DNA of 64,000 bases from a virus. Position numbers and translations under genes: made by a program. The notes below the pieces were generated by a model. The model saw only the letters and a program-made list of their open reading frames with translations, had not been told where the DNA came from and ran no database searches. The stretch spans positions 18,345 through 82,344 of the IMG/VR virus record IMGVR_UViG_3300032245_001520; one strand, written 5' to 3'. The first letter of the stretch is position 1; each line of letters begins with the position of its first letter. This document shows, one piece after another, positions 10,501-18,526 of the stretch.

Positions 10501-12481
10501 CTTCGAGGAGGACAAGAGGGCGAGAGATGCCTGAGAGGAGGAACCCTCGGTCGTTAGCATTGGCGCCACCCAGTGTGCCGATGCCCGCGAAACCCTCGGA
10601 CTGAATAGCGACAGACCCGAAGTCGGTCTTGCTATTGGTGAGCGACAGAATGGCACCGTTCATAGCCCAGGCACCGACAGCAGCGCCGATGGTGTAACAT
10701 TCGCCTGCCTCGGTGAATGCGTTGGCACCACGCACTCGGAACCCGAAGTGGCGGAAGTCGTTGTCCAGATCGGTGATGCCAGTGCTCAGTCGCCCGTCGC
10801 CGACTCGCAGAGTCTCGTAGTAGTACCGGATGTTCGAGATGGAAGCACGGTTGAGTGTCTCGAGTTGGTACTCAGTCGGAACCTCGTACGGATAGGCATA
10901 CTCGGTGACCAAGGACTGACCCAGTGTTGAGAGAGACACCCAGTCTTGATCGGAGGTGGCGTACACCTCGTAGGCAGCAGGGTCGAGTTGTAGGGAGAAG
11001 GCAGTGCAGGTCTCGGTGATGGCGGATTTGAATCCGGAGACCAGATCGCCGTCGTTGTCTTCGAGGCACATGCCATAGCTCGATCGAAGACTCAGACGTG
11101 TCGCACGAGGCGAGGCGAATGCTGTCGAGTTGCTGCTGATGTTGTCAGGGAAAACACCGGTGGTCGGCGCCACGATCGTGGTCTCGCCAGGGAAGGACAC
11201 TCGGGTGTCGACGCGACCCGCAAACTCGGGGAATGCTTTCTGCACTTTGGTGTAGAAGTCGCGCAGTTCCTGCAGAGTGGCACTGGTGTGACCACGCAGT
11301 CGATGGTGAGAGTAGTTGTGCAGTTCGTACGATGTGCCGTCTGCCGGTTTGAAATACGGAAAAATGTTGCTAACTGCCAGTTTGGTGCCACTCAGATCGT
11401 TGATGCCGGGGGGCAACTGACTGAAGAGCACGTAGGTGGCTCCGGTGCTGTACGCAGACGAGGTGGGCGACAGACGGAAGGTGAACGAGTCGACGGGACT
11501 GGCGTAGTATGCGCCAGGGGGGAATGCGTCGGACCGAATGGTCGTGCTAGGGTACGACACCGATGTGAAGTCGTCCTCGCTCAAACCGTGGGGGCGACGA
11601 GACCGGAAGACTGCCTCGCCGTTGGCGTTTGCTGTGATGGAGACAACGTCGCGGGTCTCGACTTTGTCACAGTAGACGAAGTTGTCGAAGAAGCACCCGC
11701 CCGACCGTTTGAAGATCGATGTGATGGGTTGATTGCTGATCGCGGTGCTAGTGGTGGTCAGTGCGTAGGGGACCGGGTACGCAGGGTGGGTGTATTTCGG
11801 AACGTACGTCGGATGAATCGAACACTCTCTGGGATTGTCGCTGATGATCGAGATGCCAGCAGGGATAACGAGAGCACCGTCTGGAGTGTTGAACTCTTGC
11901 AACTGGTACTGTTGGACGTTTCCGTCTACCGATTGAGAAAAATCAACTGAGAAATCTTGGACGGTGTTACCGGGACCATTGACCACACAATTGCGGCCAC
12001 CAAGGAGAACAACCTGATAGGTGGCGTCAAACCATCCCTTCAGGAAGTTCTCAATGTATAATTTCGTGAGTTGGATGACAGCGCGATTGACTGTGACAAA
12101 CGGGATAGACTGTCCATCATTCTGAAGCGAGTCGGTAGCGTTTGGGTACTCAGGTCCGACGAAGACGGTGTATCCGCCGCTACCACCAAAGAAGGGCGAC
12201 GAGACTGCCTCCCACGTGTTCCTATCAGATCCAATACTAAGCGACTTGGTGTTGACGTCGTACCAGAGTTCGCCTTTTGCAGGGAGGGAGGTTGGTTCCG
12301 AAGGCGAATACGCAGTCGGGCCAATCTTGACGATGCTGCTGTCAGAGACTTGGAAAAATGCTCCAGGATCGACGCTATTTGTATTTAGCCCCAACTCTCC
12401 TGGCACCAAATTGGCCGGGGTGGGGCGTTTTCCGAGGATCGAGGATCGCTTGAAGACGATTTTTACAGCGTTGCTGGACAT
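7529..12481 (-). CDS. Large virion structural/tail appendage protein (1650 aa)
   Basis: Shared N-terminal domain, NDGQSIPFVTVNRA motif, C-terminal DxISxxFxG...LFVNLGGVxQxP repeats, terminal IDEG. Confidence 0.7.
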   Translation of the reverse strand: MSSNAVKIVFKRSSILGKRPTPANLVPGELGLNTNSVDPGAFFQVSDSSIVKIGPTAYSPSEPTSLPAKGELWYDVNTKSLSIGSDRNTWEAVSSPFFGGSGGYTVFVGPEYPNATDSLQNDGQSIPFVTVNRAVIQLTKLYIENFLKGWFDATYQVVLLGGRNCVVNGPGNTVQDFSVDFSQSVDGNVQQYQLQEFNTPDGALVIPAGISIISDNPRECSIHPTYVPKYTHPAYPVPYALTTTSTAISNQPITSIFKRSGGCFFDNFVYCDKVETRDVVSITANANGEAVFRSRRPHGLSEDDFTSVSYPSTTIRSDAFPPGAYYASPVDSFTFRLSPTSSAYSTGATYVLFSQLPPGINDLSGTKLAVSNIFPYFKPADGTSYELHNYSHHRLRGHTSATLQELRDFYTKVQKAFPEFAGRVDTRVSFPGETTIVAPTTGVFPDNISSNSTAFASPRATRLSLRSSYGMCLEDNDGDLVSGFKSAITETCTAFSLQLDPAAYEVYATSDQDWVSLSTLGQSLVTEYAYPYEVPTEYQLETLNRASISNIRYYYETLRVGDGRLSTGITDLDNDFRHFGFRVRGANAFTEAGECYTIGAAVGAWAMNGAILSLTNSKTDFGSVAIQSEGFAGIGTLGGANANDRGFLLSGISRPLVLLEEEVKSNEQKRILNLGSKVVRVVQDPTDSSVQLVVLSHPFNPESILPFSLAPGSALYIADPDCSYQGFFVTDGSPTAILSDPTYNGGGVLRLRLSDSRIPMGDQYSNDTSGFDTPYIRRFIDPRSQEQRSYGFFVSSTNPTSLAPQYGSVLRLNQTGQNLSNTLKRGYQFDPGINGGVSQTFSVVGSSPTVSGLSANFNNKVADATQSTTYNVYATLVDGSAPWVQSANFTELGFNTNGQTAFNSAAGSYFTYQNRNYFAAENNIWNTLYYQTNFTTLNGPTKVSPNKVDSPFVTTSVTLRQEPITDSYLGYVQPTLYPTYTGYLAQQPNLTFMRGATPPITQFGAQNVYDGDDGSSGLGIIYKRRLTPVSTATLTVSRTVQTYQAMSLPSDSGATRGRPAIIELDVLSVLGIGDPKEGLIVAQLSHPDVATTEYVRIVNVVSSNVRAIRNYYPEYNPGVFNSDNGTFTPEQWPKGTTVTLCEETNTPEPTVYDPFWSITKSTMYRFFEVMGYSAELMKTYLQPQYWGDRVLPIESIRLSPINGYAAFTSPWPIEFNQPSQVLSNTHTWQYCGYYNPSRGLLKYQTNDISRKLLFDYYATSVWGGRLVVAGVNDYGSTVLYGPVREAVTGNFYQNENPSNNPANRLVYLPPSPTQYPAPILVYSTDNISSEFDGTKVEFDLKREGYNLPSTQLLENGSNLFVNLGGVVQKPGTAYSLVIQDGVVQPKILFTSPPAIGAICDIRVVTSEDNETTLEVVTLSAIPEIDGTTSLFTLSPTEITLKSKDLFAFLSGVGQIPTGDFQGDASYQVQQVFVSTTKVTQLSYLGESPALGTSYDYRAILSGAGYRSREATSVYVQNLDDISPQFNGVKVTFDLIIGGKPVDATIVNAENLFVNLGGVLQTPSKASTLDPNSISYRVVPNLATGTLGIQFSEPPQALTTCNIRVVTAAEFIACAATQSEGLVTQYVLLAGDGVTQRSDGSIDVIDEGLLD

Positions 12482-12537
12482 GTGCTAACGAGCATAGGGA
12501 CCCAAGAGTAAAGACTCTGGCGCAAGGGTTTTACCCG

Positions 12538-12705
12538 CTACAGGTATGCAGCACCGATGACTGCATCGTCGCTCACATTCCCCCTTTCGCGCAGTGCGAT
12601 CGCGGCATCCAGGTACTTCATGGCAGCATCGTTCTCCTCACTTGAGGACCCGCGATTCTGTTTATACTTGTCGTACAAGGCGACATACTTTTCGTCGTCA
12701 TTCAT
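12538..12705 (-). CDS. Small helical protein (55 aa) coupled to the kinase gene; candidate immunity/inhibitor
   Basis: ATG immediately after the kinase stop (MNDDEKYVALYDKYK...); followed by a late motif for the next gene. Function is inferred. Confidence 0.55.
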   Translation of the reverse strand: MNDDEKYVALYDKYKQNRGSSSEENDAAMKYLDAAIALRERGNVSDDAVIGAAYL

Positions 12706-12706
12706 G

Positions 12707-14320
12707 TCAAATTCCTGCATAGAGAGTGTTGATGAGGTCCATAGCTTGCTCATCAGTTATTTTAGCGAACGCGCCTTTCGTGTAAACCTCTGGTTTTTTT
12801 CTAATACCACGGGTCATGATCTCGCCGATCTCGTCGTCAGAAAGACCCATCTCATTCCGCATTTTCGAAATCACGTCGCGTTTGTTCTCATTGACCTTAT
12901 AAAGGGCAGGTGCAACCGTTTCAAGGTCAGCGTAAGTTTTCTGACCTCTCATCACTTGATTCAGTTCCCCCAACCCTGGAACATCCCACCGTTTCACCTG
13001 CCAGTCCCCGTCACCCACGCTAGTGGAACCGCGAGGGGGTTGAAACGCACCGAGTGCCTCGGCGAGTGCAGCACGAGGGTTGTCGAGTGCGAGACCCAGA
13101 TCGACAATTTTGCCCTTGCCGTCTTTGCCAACCATCACGTTGTCAATGTGCATATCGTTGTGTTGAATGCCAGCACGATGCACATCGGCACGCGTCTCCC
13201 AGTAGATAGTTGAGTGTTGTTTACCAGTTGCGTGGTGTGAACCAGGGGTCTTATCGCCGAGGGGTTTCCCGTCGAGTGCCTCCATTGCGATGCGACCGGT
13301 GCGGACGTCGACGAAACTCTGCCTGTTATTGCCAGGACCATTGATCTCAGCACCGATGAGTTTCGGTCCGACACCTACCTCGCCCAGTTTCTTGATGATC
13401 GCTGCCTCCTCAGAGGAAACATCGCCTCGCTTGTGTGCGACGCCACCCTTGGTCTGAATTACGGTGCCGTACGCACCCTGACCGAGTTTCTTCGACCCCG
13501 ACCCCGTGCTCTCTTTCCAGTCGACGGTCTCGCCGATTTTGCGCACTTGGTCGATGCGTGGGAACGCTGAGTCAAAACTGCTTGCGCTGCTTCTTGCCAG
13601 TCGCGTTGCCATCGGAGCGGCGGATGCGTCGGCACCGGGTCCGTTGATGGCACGGTTGAGTCTCTCGTCGCCGTCGCCTTGCTGGTTTCTCAGGTCTCTG
13701 GCGGCGAACAGCAGTGCGGATAGATCACCTTTGAAATCCTCTCGAGTCATCCCCCCGTGCCCCATCGCCTCGTGCAACATGTCAAGGTGCTGTTGCTTGC
13801 GATTGGCAGCGTCAAGTTCCTGGCGCACCGGTCCGACGTTACCGCCGGGCGACCGAGGCATTTGGCGTGGTGCCTGCCAATCCACCTTCAGGTCGGACAT
13901 TTTGTCCGGTGCGTTTGCCTCCTCTTCGAGTCTCTTTTGCAGACCAGGAGTCAGAAACGGTTTGCGCGCGATACCTATAGGTTTCTTTTCCTCCTTCACA
14001 GCGTCAGTCATAGGTTTCCCCGCAGACCCCTTCGGTATCAACCCTGCTGCTTCCAACCGTCGCTTAAACTCCCTGCCCTTCTCGCCGGGGACCACGTTGC
14101 CCCCTCGCTCCGCTGCGATCTGACGGCGGATGTCTTTCGCTTTCTTCTCTGCTTCCCTGCCTCCAATGTGCTTGGCGACGGCAACCAGTTCTTTCGCCCT
14201 GACCTCCTCGCTCGCCTTTTCCAGGGCGCCACGGAGTGTCGTCGGCATGCTGACACGGCAGTATCGCGATTTCTCGATGCAAGTTCCACCGCAGGATTTT
14301 CCACTACCGCATTTTTTCAT
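12707..14320 (-). CDS. Protein kinase-like protein with N-terminal CxxGKSCGxxC motif
   Basis: Gly loop LGQGAYGTV, VAHK lysine, catalytic HNDMHIDN and DLG motifs; start chosen at MKKCGSGKSCGGTCIEKSRYC. Confidence 0.85.
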   Translation of the reverse strand: MKKCGSGKSCGGTCIEKSRYCRVSMPTTLRGALEKASEEVRAKELVAVAKHIGGREAEKKAKDIRRQIAAERGGNVVPGEKGREFKRRLEAAGLIPKGSAGKPMTDAVKEEKKPIGIARKPFLTPGLQKRLEEEANAPDKMSDLKVDWQAPRQMPRSPGGNVGPVRQELDAANRKQQHLDMLHEAMGHGGMTREDFKGDLSALLFAARDLRNQQGDGDERLNRAINGPGADASAAPMATRLARSSASSFDSAFPRIDQVRKIGETVDWKESTGSGSKKLGQGAYGTVIQTKGGVAHKRGDVSSEEAAIIKKLGEVGVGPKLIGAEINGPGNNRQSFVDVRTGRIAMEALDGKPLGDKTPGSHHATGKQHSTIYWETRADVHRAGIQHNDMHIDNVMVGKDGKGKIVDLGLALDNPRAALAEALGAFQPPRGSTSVGDGDWQVKRWDVPGLGELNQVMRGQKTYADLETVAPALYKVNENKRDVISKMRNEMGLSDDEIGEIMTRGIRKKPEVYTKGAFAKITDEQAMDLINTLYAGI

Positions 14321-14327
14321 GGGTGTC

Positions 14328-14825
14328 TCAACGATTTGCGCGACGCTCGGCGAAGTCACGAATGCGCGACTCCAGACTGGCGATCTTCTCGTCAAGGTTG
14401 ATGCTCTCCGAGTATCCCATCATGCCATCGTATTGATCAGTCTGGGCAGCACCCAGGTCATTGACCGCAGCAGCAGCGTCGATCCTGCTCTTCTCCTTCG
14501 TCAGTGCCGCCAGTTCTTTCAGTTGAGTCTGCAATGCCTGGAAATTGCCTTGGAGGCGAGACACGCGAATCTTTTCCTGCACTCGCTCAATTTGATCTTC
14601 GACAGCATATCCTTTCTGCTCCAGCGCAGACTGGCGCGACTGGCGTGAGGTAGGGTACAGTTCGTCGTATGCGTTTTCGACAACACTTGTATTTTGTGGC
14701 TCCATAACCGTGCCTCGGAAGTAGTCCGTGGGGTCATGGGTGAAATTCAGGGTTTCGTGCCCCCTTTCAGAATAGATGAGGTATGCGCTCTTCAGCGCCT
14801 CCTCAGAGATGGCATCTTTCCGCAT
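14328..14825 (-). CDS. Hypothetical coiled-coil protein, probably head-internal
   Basis: Start placed after the late motif at 14851; contains YSE and FAE motifs. Confidence 0.6.
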   Translation of the reverse strand: MRKDAISEEALKSAYLIYSERGHETLNFTHDPTDYFRGTVMEPQNTSVVENAYDELYPTSRQSRQSALEQKGYAVEDQIERVQEKIRVSRLQGNFQALQTQLKELAALTKEKSRIDAAAAVNDLGAAQTDQYDGMMGYSESINLDEKIASLESRIRDFAERRANR

Positions 14826-14861
14826 AGCCGGGAACAGAGGTTCGTTGACAGGTTTTACCCC

Positions 14862-14881
14862 TGCCATGTGTTCGATCGATC
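14862..14881. repeat. Palindrome-cluster repeat, short copy
   Basis: TGCCATGTGTTCGATCGATC, identical to 23418-23437. Confidence 0.75.
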
Positions 14882-15620
14882 ATGCTTGTTCGAGCACATC
14901 CTGTCCGATCTTGTTGATGATCTTCTGACGACCGCTACCCGTTTTCTCTTTCACCAGTTCTTTGCTTAGTTGCTTCACACCTTTCTGGGGAGCAGGTTGA
15001 ACCATCTTCGGCGAAGGTTTCTTAGAGATTTTCGGCATCTCCTTGTTTTCGCCGTAATCCTCCTCGGCACCCTGCACAAAGTCGCCGACCGCATTCATCC
15101 CCTCGTAGGCAGAGGAGATTTTGTAGGCAACCCACGGCGGCATGTTCTCGCTGCCATCGAGCATGCCGAGAACACTGTCAACGTTCTCTCGCAGAGACCG
15201 CAGTTGACTCATCAGCATGCGCCCATTATCCTCCTCTGAGTGCAGAGGATCCTCTTCCTCGCCCTCCTCAGCATAGTTTGGTGCCGCACGCATTGCCAGT
15301 GTGCCATTCTTGTTGCTCGCTTTCGCCAGCACGTCGGATCGGGGCATTCTTTGGGGCACACCCTCGCTCATCTGCGGATTCTTCAGGTCGCCCTTGCCGG
15401 GTTCTTTCGGTAGGTAGTTCGGAGTCATCTCAGCAGTGGCAACGTCACCCTCGCTGTGCTTGGAGTCCACAGGCGCACAGTTGGGTACCATGCGACCGCC
15501 TTTCTTTTTCATCCCAAACGCTTCGTAGTTCTTCCAACAAGCGTCCTTAAGAGACCTCGCAGTCCCCTCGCTGTACCCCATGGACAGCAGGCGATCCCAG
15601 TCGTAGTTCAAGATTTCCAT
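14880..15620 (-). CDS. Hypothetical protein, probably head-internal
   Basis: CWKNYEAFGMKKKGGRMVPNC and PWVAYKIS motifs recall small virion proteins of T4-like cyanophages; contains HSE, YAE and YGE motifs. Confidence 0.6.
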   Translation of the reverse strand: MEILNYDWDRLLSMGYSEGTARSLKDACWKNYEAFGMKKKGGRMVPNCAPVDSKHSEGDVATAEMTPNYLPKEPGKGDLKNPQMSEGVPQRMPRSDVLAKASNKNGTLAMRAAPNYAEEGEEEDPLHSEEDNGRMLMSQLRSLRENVDSVLGMLDGSENMPPWVAYKISSAYEGMNAVGDFVQGAEEDYGENKEMPKISKKPSPKMVQPAPQKGVKQLSKELVKEKTGSGRQKIINKIGQDVLEQA

Positions 15621-15886
15621 GGTGTCTCCGCGTGGCGCCAGATTGTAAACTCTTTGTCGAGGTCGTCGACTTTTTCGGACAGGCGAACGTGGTCCTCTCT
15701 GAGTGTGTATTTCAGGGGGAGGTCTGCACGCATGTCGTTGATGGACTTTTCCATCCGCTCCATGTGAATGATAATGGACTCAAAACGACCGTCTATCCTC
15801 CTGCCATTTTTGTCCAGGAAGTACCCGATACCGGTCACAGTCGTGAAGACAGATCCGATGATTCCGATAATTACATCAATGCCCAT
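15608..15886 (-). CDS. Small membrane protein (one TM helix plus coiled coil), holin-like candidate
   Basis: Hydrophobic N-terminus VIIGIIGSVFTTVTGIGYFL followed by a charged coil. Confidence 0.5.
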   Translation of the reverse strand: MGIDVIIGIIGSVFTTVTGIGYFLDKNGRRIDGRFESIIIHMERMEKSINDMRADLPLKYTLREDHVRLSEKVDDLDKEFTIWRHAETPWKS

Positions 15887-15888
15887 CT

Positions 15889-16596
15889 CTAACTCGGCAG
15901 TCCGGACTCACCTGCTGCCATGCGTTGTTTGACTGAGTCGGGAAGACCGGACTCCAGACCGTGTGCCTTAGCGATCTTGATGATGTTCGCCATCACTTGA
16001 CGGGGGTTCTTGGCACGACCAACTGAGGACCATGCCGCAGAGACGTCTTCGGCGGAGGAGATCGGGAAGGACATTTCTGGACCAGCAAAGGCACCCTTGG
16101 CAGCGCCACTCTGCAGTTCCTTGCGCTTTTCAGTGGACCACTCGCGGTACTCCTGATCCTTGCGCTTCTTGTCACGACAGGACGCACAGGAGCAGTCACA
16201 TCCGCAGTCCTCCTTAAAAGCGGGCAGGGGGGTGCTAAGCACCTCGGCGTCGAGTGACTCTTCCTCGGAGAAGTTGTACTGGACCCGCTTCATCTCCTTG
16301 AATGACTCCATCCGCGCCTTCTTGCGCGAGAAGATTTCTTTCATGGCAGAAGCACCGTCGCAGTGATCGCAATACTCGCGATTGACTGTTGACTCGTTCT
16401 TTTGACGACGTGCTGCGTTTGCCTGAAGGATGCTCTCATTGTGATGGGAGAGATTCCCGTGGATGTCGGGCGACCACTTTTTTCCTTCGCGGTTCCTCTC
16501 CATTAGGTCAGGGATGCCGATCGAGTTACTCGCATTTAACATCCCCCCTGCACCAGGGAGTGTCACCCCGCTGAAATCAAGACTACTTCCGTACAT
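15889..16596 (-). CDS. Hypothetical protein with Cys cluster and C-terminal FAGP..SFPI..EDV.AA domain (DUF6582-like)
   Basis: CGCDCSCASC segment; start after the late motif at 16618. Confidence 0.55.
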   Translation of the reverse strand: MYGSSLDFSGVTLPGAGGMLNASNSIGIPDLMERNREGKKWSPDIHGNLSHHNESILQANAARRQKNESTVNREYCDHCDGASAMKEIFSRKKARMESFKEMKRVQYNFSEEESLDAEVLSTPLPAFKEDCGCDCSCASCRDKKRKDQEYREWSTEKRKELQSGAAKGAFAGPEMSFPISSAEDVSAAWSSVGRAKNPRQVMANIIKIAKAHGLESGLPDSVKQRMAAGESGLPS

Positions 16597-16627
16597 ACGG
16601 GTCAATCGACGTTGAGGGGTTTTACCC

Positions 16628-16996
16628 TCAGTCTTCTTCGTCGGTGTCGTACTCGATCTCGTCGTCACCGATGGAACCGAGCAACTCATCGACGAGTGCG
16701 TCGAGTTCCTCGTCGGAGATCACGTCCGAGTCCAACTCATCGTCCTCAACGTTCTCAGAGTCGTAGTGGTCCTGGGGATTGAACGGTTGGTTCACGGGTT
16801 CTGGGTATCTGCCCGAGGGATAGCGCCATAAGCCCGTATGCGCTATCCAGGGGGAAGTGTTGGAGATTTCTCCGGTTGGAAGTCCTGTCTCCTTATGAAC
16901 ATCCAGGTCTTCGGGGGTTTGCATTTGGGCAGCGTAAGCGGAGCGGAACGCTTCAAGTGCCTCCGCCGAGTAGTCGCCACCGATTCGATTGGTCAT
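16628..16996 (-). CDS. Acidic hypothetical protein
   Basis: D/E-rich C-terminus; start after the motif at 17019. Confidence 0.55.
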   Translation of the reverse strand: MTNRIGGDYSAEALEAFRSAYAAQMQTPEDLDVHKETGLPTGEISNTSPWIAHTGLWRYPSGRYPEPVNQPFNPQDHYDSENVEDDELDSDVISDEELDALVDELLGSIGDDEIEYDTDEED

Positions 16997-17022
16997 GTTT
17001 GATCGAGTTGTTCTGAATGTTT

Positions 17023-17673
17023 TTACCCCCTCCACTTGCGTCCGTTTTTCCACTCTGCCCCCGGGCTGTCCACCTGGTTTCTAATTTCCCCCTCTTTATT
17101 TACCCAGTACTTCCTGCCTTTCAGGGTGTCGCTTATTTTACGTCGCTTTTCATCGTTATACTTTTTTCCTTTCAACGATTCACTAATTTTTCTTCGGGTT
17201 TCCTCACTACGTTTTCGACCGGTGTGCAGCTTGATTAACTTTTGCCGGGTTTCCTCACTAAGCCTTCGTCCCACCAGGGATGAACTAATTTTTTGTCGAG
17301 TAGCTTCGCTTACCTTTTTCCCAAACCTGTGATTTTTCTCTCCTGTGAATGCTTCTTTAAGGGCTATACGGGTTTCTTCGCTAAGTGTTTTTCCCGTGGT
17401 ATCGAACTTTGTGCTGGTTTGTTTCGCCCTATTGGCAAATTGAGGATTTCGTCCCACATCGTAAAATTCGTGCAAAGTAATTTCATCTGCAATCGCCTCT
17501 TCTCTTGTCTTGTAATCGCTTCTCAAAATAATTTTTTGTGCGGGTTTGAAGTTCTTGTCCGAGTAAGACCCGAAGTATGCCGTGTCTTCTTCAGGTAAGC
17601 AGTCACATGACCGGCTGCCTATGTATCCGCGACCCCAATTCTCGAAAGAGTAGTAAACGTAGTGGTTTCTCAT
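17023..17673 (-). CDS. Free-standing GIY-YIG-type homing endonuclease with NUMOD3 repeats
   Basis: YVY...YIG N-terminus; repeated SEETRxKIS / NHRFGK units; AT-rich relative to flanks. Confidence 0.85.
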   Translation of the reverse strand: MRNHYVYYSFENWGRGYIGSRSCDCLPEEDTAYFGSYSDKNFKPAQKIILRSDYKTREEAIADEITLHEFYDVGRNPQFANRAKQTSTKFDTTGKTLSEETRIALKEAFTGEKNHRFGKKVSEATRQKISSSLVGRRLSEETRQKLIKLHTGRKRSEETRRKISESLKGKKYNDEKRRKISDTLKGRKYWVNKEGEIRNQVDSPGAEWKNGRKWRG

Positions 17674-17679
17674 GCGATC

Positions 17680-18168
17680 TCACCTTTTTTCTATTTTACC
17701 GTCGGTGCGCTGAAGTAAACGCGAGTTCCCGGTCAGTCTGGCCTCGTGTTTTTTGCCCTCCACCTTCACCTCCGCTTTCATTTTTGCCTCACTTAGCATA
17801 TCTTTCTTCCTCTCCTCCAGAGTCGGTTCTGACTCTTTCTCAGGTTCGAGTGCGGTGGCATGCTCCTTCAACTTCGCCTTCACCTCGTTTTTCACAATGC
17901 CCTCCTCAAACATTTTCTTTCCCTTTTCTTCGGGTGTTTGTTCCACGTTTTCCGGCACGACCTTTCCACTCTCGTCGATTTTATGCCCCTTGGGTGCCTC
18001 TTTCTTGATTGCTTCGGGGGTGCTGAGGGAGGACAAACGATCTAGAATCTTGGCGTGGTCCTCGCCTAGCTTAAATCGGCAGACTGCGGATGCCTTAACA
18101 GACATAGGACCGCAGGGCATCTTGTGAAGTGTCAGCAAGTCCGAGAGTGAGGGTTTTTCTTTTGTCAT
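17680..18168 (-). CDS. Lys/Glu-rich hypothetical protein
   Basis: ORF translationally coupled to the upstream gene; contains KMPCGPM...CRF. Confidence 0.55.
   Translation of the reverse strand: MTKEKPSLSDLLTLHKMPCGPMSVKASAVCRFKLGEDHAKILDRLSSLSTPEAIKKEAPKGHKIDESGKVVPENVEQTPEEKGKKMFEEGIVKNEVKAKLKEHATALEPEKESEPTLEERKKDMLSEAKMKAEVKVEGKKHEARLTGNSRLLQRTDGKIEKR
17693..17720 (-). promoter_or_regulatory. Class-2 promoter-like element GTTTAC-N16-TAAAAT for the GIY-YIG gene
   Basis: Exact 16-nt spacer; 20 nt upstream of the ATG at 17673. Confidence 0.65.
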
Positions 18169-18169
18169 G

Positions 18170-18502
18170 TCATGCTCCAGTACGTTGTGGCATCCAACCA
18201 TCGTTATGCGGTGCGTAGTGAACACCTTTCTTCTTCTCTTTCCGGGGGTTCGAGTCCTTTCGGTTCTCCTCTCGCATCGATGCGATCATCGTGTCTCGCA
18301 TGTTTCTGAGGTGGTCGCGTGGCACTGTGCAATGATCTGAGTCACGGTAAGATCTGTAATGTCGACAAACCTCAGACGGGTCGTCACTGCGGGCCATCAT
18401 CTCCCATATTCCCAATGCCTGCGAGTCATTGAGGATGCCCGGTTTGAGACCGGACTGAATCTCGTCCCTTGGAGGGCGATTGAATCGGGTGTCTTTGCGC
18501 AT
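18170..18502 (-). CDS. Hypothetical protein
   Basis: 110 aa ORF tiling with its neighbours. Confidence 0.55.
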   Translation of the reverse strand: MRKDTRFNRPPRDEIQSGLKPGILNDSQALGIWEMMARSDDPSEVCRHYRSYRDSDHCTVPRDHLRNMRDTMIASMREENRKDSNPRKEKKKGVHYAPHNDGWMPQRTGA

Positions 18503-18526
18503 TTGGATCGGGTGATGATGTGGGGT

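Noticed and set aside
14318-14395. Programmed frameshift fusing the 14328 gene (..DFAE..) to the kinase
   Set aside because: The frames overlap, but no clear slippery site was seen and an ATG lies just after the stop.
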